Assembly (NCBI GenBank): GCA_964247055.1
Contig: OZ176053.1
Location: 3,410,001 to 3,474,000, forward strand
Source of the DNA: Paragordius varius
Taxonomy: Eukaryota; Animalia; Nematomorpha
Length of the DNA: 64,000 bases
Reading direction: 5' to 3'
Shown: piece after piece, positions 18,119 through 30,500 of the stretch
Layout: each line of letters opens with the position of its first letter
How positions within the stretch are numbered: position 1 is the stretch's first letter
Position numbers and translations under genes: made by a program
Notes under the pieces: generated by a model
The model's database searches: none
What the model was told of the DNA's origin: nothing
Seen by the model: the letters and a program-made list of their open reading frames with translations, nothing else

Positions 18119-18552
18119 TTTACATATATGAAAAAATCGCCATTTTTTCATTTGTATATATTTTTTTTAAATATTATAAAAAATAAAATGATACTATTTA
18201 ATTTTATTTTAATTAATTTTTATTAACTTAATCGATAGTAATTGGATTAGTTGACTTCCCTCTGATCCTGTTAAGAATCAAATACAATTATTTTTTTAAC
18301 AATAATTCATTTAATTAGCATAAAAAATTTTATGAATCTAAATTAAAAAATTAAATAGGTGTCGTTGATAACAATATCATGGCATAAAATTATTTTACCA
18401 TTTAATTTTTTAGCTGAAAAATATAAAATTACACGGATACTTAGTTAAATATGTAGAAGAGATGTTACCTGATGTTCAAAAAAATTATCTTGAGTAAAAT
18501 TAAATTTAATAATTACAAAAATTTATTATGCAGTATATATAAAGCCGTAAAA

Positions 18553-21500
18553 CTATATTGCGGCAGCATAATCTAATGTTAATTGAAAATGCTTGGGATC
18601 CACACTCAAATCACAAAATTTGTCCAAAATGTCAACATTTTCATCCCTTAAACGATCCAAACAAATTTTTTTCGGATCCATTTGACTAATGACTCCAATC
18701 TAAAATGATGTACATATAAAAATATTGTTTTTATACCTTAAATCCACCCTGGAACATTTCAAATTCACGTTAAAATAATTTGTATGCTTTTTAATATAAA
18801 AAACTACCTATTTTATATTTTTAAAAAATGAAATTTTTTTACAGTATGCATTTTAATAGTTGATTATTTCACACTATAATTGGGCGATTCGCAACACAGT
18901 AGTGTATGTAAAAAAGAAAAGAAAAAATTGTTTATTCAAATTTTGTTGTTTTTCCATACACTACTATGTTGCATTTTGACCAACTATAGTGTGAAATAAG
19001 CAACCATTTAAATGCATACTATACTGTAATTTACAAAGTTCAAGGGTAAAATTTGAGGTCTTAAGTTATTTTTTATTACAAATGAAATACTATAAAATAC
19101 TCACTATATTTTTTAATTTTGAATCATCTTTCATGATTTCATGCGTAAGAGTTGGGTAACCTTTAGGATTTTCCCTTAGTAGCGTATACTTGGTAGGTCC
19201 ATTTGATTGTTTATCATTGTTATTCATTTCAATATTTATATATTTGCAAAATGGCCTCGATTCATTGAGTAATTGTTCAAATTTATACGCATCTTTTGTC
19301 TTATCAATAATTTGATTATTTATTGGTTTATTGCCTAAAACAATAAAAGTTCCAATTTTGCGCTCGGTATCACTATTAAATACGCATAAATCTCGAATCA
19401 TTTCATCGGTTATAAAAGTCCAAGGTATTATCGCTTGATATTTATCAACTGCTTGAGTTAGCGTTGGATGTGTACCACACAAAGCTTGATAGGCTTTGGA
19501 ATTGGTTAGATCAGATTGTATAGAAATGGGATTTAGTTTAGCCGTAATTTTATCATAAACGAATGAGGAATGTATAACGAGATAAATATCTAACTTAAGT
19601 CCCCAAGTTTCCGTCAAAGTTCGAATCTAAAAAATAATTATGGTTCGGAATTAAAGAAAAAAAGTGTTATTTCTAGGAGATATTGAGATATCATAGGGTT
19701 GTCATAAATTTAAACAAAAATAACACTTAAACTATAAAGTATGAGAGGCATTTCATCATTCATTATCACATACTAATATTGTGATATTTAAGTGTTTTAC
19801 TTATTTATTTCATATGAATACCAATTTTGTGGAATATTTAATAAGTTATCAAAAAATAGAAATCAATTGAACAAATAATGTATTAAAGAATAAACTTACA
19901 TTATTATCCAATTTCATTTTGTCAGTCAATGTATTTGTACCAAGAATAACAGCCAATAAACTTTTTTCTAAAATGGTATTCGCAGAGATTTTAGATGAGT
20001 CCTTTGGTTGCATGTAGATCAGGTTAAAAAATTGAGTGGTAGGCATTTCCATATCATGATTTGAAAAGCCATTTACCAAGGTTTCCTTAGATATAACCTG
20101 TTTTAAAATTCAATAAGTTTGATTTGATTGTGGAAAATTGAATGTATTATAAGATCAATATGTATATACTTTTGTATCAATATTTTTGTTTTTATATTCC
20201 TGTGTCCCATATAGTTCAATCTGTATTTTGGCTTTTTTGATCTATACGCATATGAAAAAAAATCAAATTTTAAAAAGGGAGATTAAACAATGTAAAATAT
20301 GCTCCCCTACCTCAGAAACCTCCGATATAATTAAATGATTTGTTGTGTCACTACTTTTCATTGCATTGAGCGAAATAAAGGGCCTTTTAACCACATCTTC
20401 AATATAGAGTATCCACTTTTTTGATGGATCATGGTCACTCAACATTTCGTTAAAACGAATATTTGGATCATCTTGTAATACCTTGTAACAAACGGTTATT
20501 TCGTCGAGCGGAAGTAAGTTTGCACGTTTTCGCAATTTTTGAATGCGATTGATAAGTTCCCTTTATATAATAATATACCATTTACTATTCAAAATCACCC
20601 TAAAAATGAATTATGTGTTTTTGGGCGCCAACATCATTAATATGAAATATATCTTTATGGTATAGTTGATTATATTTTCAATATTATTTTAATTTTAAAC
20701 AAAATTTCATTTTTTTATAAAATATAGGTAATTTTAAATCTTAAAAACACTTAATTATCTTAGGGTGGATTAAATGGTTCAAGGATGAATTTAAAGTGTA
20801 AATGGTATATCTTACTCTTATGAGAATATAAAAATAAGAGCCAAATCGTAAAAATATTTACTTATTATATTAAAATAATTAGTACTATGATATACCTAAT
20901 ATATTATCATAATATATTTATAAGGAAAATAAAATATTGTTGACATTCCTATCAATAAATATATGCTATTAAAGTTTTTGCCGATCAAAAGCGTTTTCCC
21001 AAAAAATTTCTTTTTATTTATCCTAACATCTTTTTAGAAAATTTACATAGCAATCCAAATTCATAAAAATTAATGGGAAAATATTCTTTAAGGCAGGTAA
21101 AAAGTGGTATAATAAATGAAAGCTTTTCATTTATTATTTCATTCATATTTTTTAAATACTAAAAACTTAAAACAAAGTTCCGACCTGGCATAACCTTCCT
21201 GTAACATATCTTGATCGGGTGAAATATCAAGCAAAACTAAAACGTCACCCAAACTGGCAGCCTCGTAATTTTGAACCGGTTCCGCGGATTCATCAAATCC
21301 ATTCACAACTATATTATTTTGCCCTAAAGTGTTTTTCTTATCCCCATTTGATGGGCTACTTTTTTTGTCATCAAATGTATAAAGGATTCGTATTTCATCG
21401 ATTAATACAGGACAGCCGGGTATAACTTCAAAGGAACCATCCTTTTGTAATTGTGTTATTTGGCTATCACCTGAGATTATAAACATGAAAGATTTATTGA

Positions 21501-24500
21501 ATACTAGAAAATTAAAAATAGTTTGGGCAATATAAATTTATATAATTTATCCAAATTAAGAGGTACAACAAAATTAAATTTTAACTATTCATTAGAGTCC
21601 AAATTTTCGCTTTTACAGTTTTTTACACTTTTACAAGAGCAAAAATCGCATTTTCTCAATTGGGGCATAACATTATACTGGGCAAAAATTCAGAAATATA
21701 TTTCCTTATATAATTTTTTTGGTTAACATAATTTAAAGAATTAATTCTATAATAGTTCCAAAACAAAAAAATCTTATCTTTGTATCAAATCTAAATTTTC
21801 TCATATAATTAATAAAAAAAACCTGTCAAATTTTTTGAAACCCATTATAAAATATATTATACTCATTTCTTTGACCGCTTTTGCCAGTTGTTTGAATTGA
21901 GCCTTGTACTTGGCTCCAAGAGTTTTATGATCCGGTTCGGCCCGCATCTGAACGCCATAATCAGCCTTGGACATTGTCATAGTTATGCGTTTGATATTGA
22001 GTTCTTGCAATATATACGGTTCCAATACATTTATTTCATCCCGAAGAGCTGGATCATTGTATATTATAACGAGTTCATTCAATGGATACTAAAGTTGGGC
22101 GCATTTGATAAAAAACTAGCTAAAAACTTTTAATTTCAATACTATGCCATTTTTTTAAATTTATCATATGTATCTAAATGAATTCATAATGATATTATCG
22201 TGAAAATGATGGTTAGGTTACTTATATGATATAAAAATAAATGGTATATCATTAAAATTAAAGGACATAATGCAAAAATCAAATAACCTTTATAGGTAAT
22301 GTTTTACGATCTCTAATAAGTCTTCCCAATTCAATGACGGTTTGCATACATTCGACTGATCGTTCAATACTTTTATTGATCAATACTGAACTATTTTTTT
22401 ATAAATTATGGTAATTTATAAAGTTGAAACAACATATTAAATTATTTAAAAATTAAAACAAAAGCTAACTTAGATTTTGGCAGCATGAGATGATGTATAG
22501 ATAAAATATTTTGTTCTTTGGTACGTATAACTTTCTTCAAATTTTGATACATGTATTCCGTGATAAATGGGGTAAAAGGAGCCTATATCATAAAATTTTA
22601 ATATTAGTGTCCAGTAATATTTAAGAAGTTAGGCGTATCTTATGACTAATTCTAATTTGTTTAACTTTTTAACTTTGAAAAAGATTAAATAATAAATCTA
22701 AAATATTTAATTAAACTAGTTCATAGCTGAAACTATATCAATTAATTAAGTGTGTATATAAGAATAATTCTAAAGTTTAAACATGTAAAATTAGCATATT
22801 TTTTAGGCAAAAATTAAATAATTTTAATATATTTTGAGTAAAATTAACCATCATCCGACACAAACTAAAAATGACAGTAAATAGGGTATCAAGAGCAACT
22901 TTGCAATCAATTTCACCAAGCTCACCTTTGAGTCGTTTTCGATTGAAGCGAACATACCAATTGGTCAAATTATCAATGAACTTAAGGAGTTTAGGCACCA
23001 CAGTAAATAAGTGATATTCTATCAGCGCACATTAAAATATATATCTAATTAACATAAAAACTGATCATTTCGTTTAAAGATTTGTAAAAAGGTTTGAATG
23101 GTAAAATAAAAAGCCGCTTATGTATACTTTAATGGTCTTAACAGGTCAAATATTACTATTAATGCATATGTTCTACTAATAAAAAACCAATCAAACCAAT
23201 CGGTTTAATAATAGGGTAAATAATACAATAATTATTTTTTTAAATTTCACAATTTCCTGCAACATTAATCAAACGATGATACTATGGTAATTTTGATCAG
23301 TTTAGACAAATTTTTTGAGGAATTATCAAAAGCAGTCAAAAAGACGGTCAAAAGAATCGATTTTACATGAAAACTCTAATAGTAAATAAAAATCTAATAT
23401 ACCATTAATTCAAATTCACCCTAAAAATAAATTAAGTGTTTTCGGGCTAATATAACTCATCATTAATATGAATTATCGAAATGACATAGTTTATTATTTT
23501 TTCAATATTGTTTTAATTTTAAATAAAATTTTATGTTTGAAAAATATAAAAAAGTATAGCTAATTTATATTTAACAACACTTGATTTATTTTAGGGTGAA
23601 TTTGAATTGTTCGATGATGAATTTAAATAGTTTAAGGGTGAATTTGAACTGTAAATAGTATTTTTAATTTGGAGACGAAAAATATATGAATGAATATTAT
23701 ACTTTCCATTTCATCATAAAAAAATTGAATTAGGCTATTCGTGTATGATAGTATCCATAAATCCATTATGTTTGAGCTTATTTCATTGTGTGCGATACCC
23801 TCGTAAAATATGTATTCTTTGCCATTCGTCTAAACTCGCCAAAAAAAGCAAAACAAATCAATGATGAGATTAAAATACAATGAATAAACTCAAAAATATT
23901 CGTAACTAAATTTTGATTTACTAAGTAATATTATAATATAAACTTGTTGCCATAATTCAATATTTTGAACGAGAAAACGGTAAGCATTGTACCAGGGAAG
24001 AAAGGCTTCTTTTAACAAATCATAAACGTGCTCCTCCTTAAATTTCAAGAAATCTCCCCTGACCACGGGTGAATTTATTAAATATAATCTAAATAATAAA
24101 ATAAATTATTTTGCAAAAATATCATGTTTTTTTATAACCAACCAAATATAAAGAAATAATAGATTGTCATATTATAATGTGAAAAACCTTTTATTCGAAA
24201 TTAAAAATTGTAAATATTTTTTTAACTTATCAAAAAACCTATAAAAACCGCTTTTTGCTTTTAAACGTTAAGTTTTAAATTAATTATACCATCTATTATA
24301 ATCTTAATTTGATTATTTATATGCAAGACAATTTTTTAACAAACTTGGCAAAGATATAAATTAAATAAAAAAAATATATATTTTATCTACCGCATCATAG
24401 CCATTTTTTTTATAATTTTTATTTCAAAAAAATGAAAAATTTGAAAGGAGGAGAACAAATGATTCAACGCTTGCTTATAATTTCGCGGTAAAAAAATATT

Positions 24501-27500
24501 TCAAAAGGGGTGAATAATTCAAAGGACAAACCGTAATGCATCGGCACCATATTTATCAATAACGCACATTGGATCTGGATAATTCTTTTTGCGTTTACTC
24601 ATTTTTTGACCATCACTTTATAAATATATTATATATATAATTATTAAAACAATATTTAACAGCTTTATTTAAAAAACAGATATATTTGTTAAATATAATT
24701 TTTTGTATATATCGTTTTGGGGTATGAAATAAAGAATATAGATGTAAATTGGTAAAACACTCATTTTTTGCAATTTACATCAAATAACAAAAGTATATAG
24801 AAAATTAACATTATTTTTGGGTTGTGAAATAAATGTTAATTGATAATACATTTAATTATATATGTCACATTTAAATTTTTAGCTTATATAAAAAAATCAA
24901 GGAAAAAATCCTGTTTTCAAATATAAAAGGATTCATTTGTCATCTTTTTGTATTTTAATAATATTTTAATTTATATTTTGGTATAAGTAATAAATATTAC
25001 CCGGCGAGCACCAATCCATTACAAATCAAATTTTTGAAGGGGGCTTGGCCAAACAATAATGTTGATAGGACCAAAAGGGTGTAAAACCTAAAAAAATAAA
25101 TATGAATGAATTAAATTTCAGAATAATATATTAAAAATATATTAAATAAAATCAACACACTTCATGAAACCATTTCACTTTGCCTAGTTGACATACTTGG
25201 GTAGTTTTATATCCCAGAGCCTTAATTTTGTAAATAAACTACAGTTTAGCAAGTTATTTCAGTTATAATTTACAAACAATGTTCGCATATTAGATAAATA
25301 GCTTATATTTATTATAGTTTTGTGGTTAGAGTCCAAAATTGGGACAGTTCAGAAACACGAGAACGAGCTGATGTTAAAATCACAATATATCAAGTGTATC
25401 TGAAAATATAGCCTGAAAGCTTTATAAAATATTGTTTACATTTTACCATAATATATACATTTATTTGCCTGTTGCATCAACGATTGTAAAAAAATTGCGG
25501 CGATAAAGTTTGAAATGTGGAATTTTTTAAAATTTTACATTTTACTATAAAAGTTTTTTTAATGCCTTGCTAAAGAAAGCATATTTTAAAATTCCTTAAA
25601 ATTTTTTAAATATTCGAATTTTAAATCGCTTTATGGGATATAAAACTCCGACAAAAACTAATGAAAATAAATAAATTAAAAATAATTATAAAAAATGATA
25701 ATGAAAGTAAATTTCATTTAAATATTTTTATAAAACAGTTTTTAATAGTTTAAAACATAATTTTCCCAAAAATAAGATAAAAATCTCAATAAACTAAATA
25801 AGAATAATAATTTATGAAAATAATAAAAAAGCAAAAATTATGATAAAAAATATTAATTAAATATATAAAAATTCAAAAAACGTAAAGCAAAACCATCCAC
25901 GCGTCTGATCTATGCCCTCGGCAATAAAATCGGCCGGGAAATAATTGTCAACAAAGTATTCCGTGTCAAAAAAGAAGGGAAAGTGTTGTTGAGCATAAGG
26001 CATGCTACCTGATTCAAACCAACAATCAAACACATCTGTTACACGTTTAAGGGGTGGTCCTCCCCCGGACCTACTTGAAGCTATTTCAATGTCATCCACT
26101 CTGAAAAATTATACATAAAGAAATAAAGATATACTACTGTAAAAACTACTAAATATAGAAAAATAGATAAAACGTAAAGAATCAAAAGACGAATTATTTT
26201 TTAAAAAAGGACTACAATACTTTTTTATATCTTAATTTACGCCCTATACCTTAAACCCGCTGTAATGGCCCGCCTCATGATAAACATTTATAATATACAG
26301 CGCTTATATAGCATTTACGGTTCAAATTCACCTTTAAACAATTCAAACTTACCCTTAAATAGTTAAAATTCACTTTTGAACAATTATAATTCACCCTTAA
26401 ACAATTCAAATTCACCCTTGAACAATTCAATTTCACCCCTGAACAATCACCCCTGAACACAATGGTAATTTGAACTTCATGTGATCAAATTAAAAGGGAA
26501 AATACTTTAGGGATTATTTTCCATATCTTTATATTTTGCACGGTTTATTAATAAAATGCAAAGTGAAAATACCTACATTTAATAAAAAATTTCAAATTTT
26601 TTTTGATGTTCCAAGATTAAAACAATTATTAGTCATATATCATTTCTCAATATATTTATAATAAGGTATATAGTGTTAAAAAATAAATATTGGTGCACAT
26701 AAGCACGTCCCTCCGCAGCATTTACAAGATTATGGTTAACATGATCGCATAAGCCTATAACATCCGATGTCGTTATCTGTTGACATCCATAGTTAATTAA
26801 ATCCTTTAATGATACATTACTTTCCTAATTAATTGAGGAGCAGATATAAGATTTCATCTTGGAAAACGCGTTTTCAATTGGGTTGAGCATGTAACTGTAT
26901 GGAGCCAAAAATGAAATATTGTGGTGGTATCCCTCAATTATATGGTTTAAACTTTCTTTTTTGTGAATCTTGCATTATCCATTATAAAATGATTTCCTTC
27001 CAAATTCGAAGAGGAGAAATATTCACATGATTCTTTGAAAAAAATTAGAAAATTTCTCTCCATTTACATTCCTCTCACATACGAAAACACGATTCCTGGG
27101 ACCCCATAGCTATGATAAGGGTATTTTCTTCCATTTATGTTAGAAAGCTTAACAATGACCCTTGTACCACGTTTTCCAAAATTTTGCCTGAGGTCGATGT
27201 GGAAACCACACTCATCGATGAAAACCACTTTTGTTGTATCACAACCAAACGTTTCATTAAACCAAATGGCATATTCATTTCTTTTTCATATTGTATGTGG
27301 ATCATTTATTTTATTAATCTGGTAAGTTTTTTTCAATGTTTTAGCTAGTTGTTGGAAAATATTTTAAATGCTACTGGAAGAAATGCGAAAATCGCATTCC
27401 TGTTCTAAAAATAATTTAAGCGATTTTAGAGTGATTAAAGGGTTTTCGCCAATTATTTCTTCGACTATGGTTATAATGCGATTAGAAATCTTTTCATATC

Positions 27501-30500
27501 TCTTTCCACCTTGCAATTTATACTTAATATTTTTTTTGTACTTGATAACAAATGATTTGGCGGTATTATAATTGATATCCAGCGATTTAGCCACCATTTT
27601 TATCGAATTCATTTCCATAATTGTTGATTTTATTAGGCGTTTCTTATCATGTTTATTTGTTTCGAAAAATTCTTTTTAACATCTATGTTAAAATAAAAAT
27701 ACCATATAGCTGAGAGGGATACCACTACAATATTTCATTTTTGGCTCCATACAGTTACATGCTCAACCCAATTGAAAACGCGTTTTCCAAAATAAAATCT
27801 TATGTCTGCTCCGCAATTAGTAATGAAAGCAATGCATCATTAAAGGATTTATTTAACTATGGATGCCAACAGATAACAACATCGGATGTTAAAGGCTTTT
27901 GCGATTATGTTAACCATAATCTTGTAAATGCTGCGGAGGGACGTGCTTATGCGCACCAATAATTATTTTTTTAACTATATACTTTATAAATATATAAATA
28001 AATGATTTATGACTAATACTTGTTTTAATGTTTGTAGTGTAATCTTGGAACATTAAAAAACGAAAAAAATATGAAAATGTCTATTAAATGTATGTTTGCA
28101 TTTTATTAAAAAACCATGCTAAAATATAAAGATATGGCAAAACAAAGTATTTTCGCTTTTAATTTGAGGCTATGAAGCTCGAAATGGCATTTGCTTCAGG
28201 GGTGAATTTGAATTGTTTTTAATTATATATATTGATTAGTTTATGCTGATCATAATGCACTTTTCCAATTTTTAAATAGGACGCTATTTTTAAGTATCAA
28301 CCGTCAAAGGTTAGGAACATTTTCCCACAATTTACAATTTGGCGGTAGCATGAAACCCTTATAATGAATGAATCATAAATAAAAATTACAATTAATCATC
28401 AATTTAGTTTACAGGGGGAACAAAACATATACAAAAACTATGGATTCCATAATCCGCATGTAGAAATGTCATGAACTGTTATGAAAATTTTTTCAAGTAC
28501 AAAAATATTTTATACGCTTCTCTATGGATATCCTTAAACGTTTTCCCCGTCAACGATTCAAGTTCAGCAATGGAACCAACACAAACCGTTTCCTGGCCGT
28601 CGGGAGAAATCCAAAGAGGTATGGGTGTTCCCCAATAACGATTTCTACTGATGGCCCAGTCTCTGGCCTCTTTCAACCAATTGGCAAAGCGTTTATCCTT
28701 AACGAATGATGGTACCCTGTAAAATAAGATAATATTCCAATTTCTCTTATTACACCAATAAAACTTAAATATGATTGGAATATTAAATATAATTCACTAC
28801 TCCAATTAATATGAATTCATATATTGAAACATGTCAATAAAGTTTTGCAATCGATGTTAGTTAATGCAAACGGATTACATGAAGAATTCTTTCAAATCTA
28901 ATAACTATGAGTAGCTTAACAAACAAATGTTTGCGAATGATGTAAATTTTGAAGTACAAATCTAAATAACTCTTTACTCTACTCAAAAAAATTAATTTTT
29001 TTAGAGTTACTTTCAATTTACCATTTCAAAATTCTACTAAAAAGAAAAACGAACGACATAATTGTACTAAATACATAAATAAAATTCTTTTACACAACAA
29101 AATTAGAGTGAATAAAGCGAAAATTACCAATAAGTGGTATCATTGTTGGCAAGTAAAAGCGACTTAAATAATTCAACACGAACAAACCACGAAGGAACAG
29201 CGCGGTATATAAGGGGAGTTTCTGACCTCCAACAAAATGGATAGTTATGGTTAAGCGTTGCTTGATGGAATAACCTGCCTCTGTCTTTCAAATCTTTTAT
29301 AATGAGTTTATCAGCGTCCTAACAAACACGTAAGTTATATTTATATGGGTTAATTTTAAGAAAATTTAATCTTTTAAAATAAAAATACAAACAAATGAAA
29401 ACATAACATCGCTTAAATGCATATTTTGATACAATTTTATAAATTTATATTTATATTAAAAAAGGGTACCTTAACATACATCCCTAGATAGGGGGTAACA
29501 GGGGCTGTAAACCTACCGCTATCATCGACGGGACATACAATATCCTCATCATCCTTAAGAACTAAACCATGTTCCACGGCTATTCTATAATCATCCTATT
29601 GTATAATATATATTCTATTATTAGAAAATGCTGAATACTTTGTTAAGTGTTGAAATTTGATTTAAAGCACTCTGTTAAGTTTTGAAAAATTCGTTTTAAA
29701 GGACTCTTAATAAATGATTAATTGTAAAAAATTATCTGGATTTCATCTTGTCAATTTGTTTTTTTATTTTATTAATTTCACATGGTTAAAAATTAAATTA
29801 ATTATTCACTTTTGTTAGTTTGAAAAATTCGATTTAAAGCACTCTGTTAAGTTTTTAAAAATTCGGTTTAAAGGACTCTTAATAAATGATTGATAAATGT
29901 AAAAAATATGTTTTTTGAAAAATATTGTCATTTGTTTTTATTTTATTAATTTCACATGGTTTAAAATTATTTATTTAATTATTCAAATCTGTCTCTCCTA
30001 AAAAATGATAAATAAATTCGCAAAAGTTCATATTTTTTGGAGAATATATCATCCACTTACTTCGCCAAAATAAGGGGCTTGTTGAACAATACAGGTCCCG
30101 GCATCTTCTGAAACATAAGTGTCCGTAAGAATTTGGAAAAAGTTTCGTTTCTTTAGCTTTTAAATATCAAATCGTAATTAATTAAAGTAACATTTTCAAT
30201 TTAAATAATATAAAATAAATATAATGCAAAGAATTAAATAAATTAATATTATTTATTCCTTTACCCCCCAAAAAAAGATATAAATTTATATCATGTTATA
30301 CATTTAAATCCGAGGTTGTAACATGTAGTTTCAATGTTAACTTTTTTATATTTAGTTAATAAACATATTTAAAATAGACAGTTAAGCTTGTAAAATTTAT
30401 GAAAAACGGGCATTACCCTTGTTAAAATTATTATATTATTGTAGTTACCTTATCAACATAAAAGGGAAATAATGGTTCATAAAATTTTCCCTTCAGAGTC

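Noticed and set aside
26311-26460. 21-bp repeats here and at 2741-2870 as a CRISPR array or as a protein (ORF 26275-26460)
   Set aside because: The repeats are head-to-tail with no unique spacers, in a eukaryotic intron, and are explained as transposon subterminal repeats.
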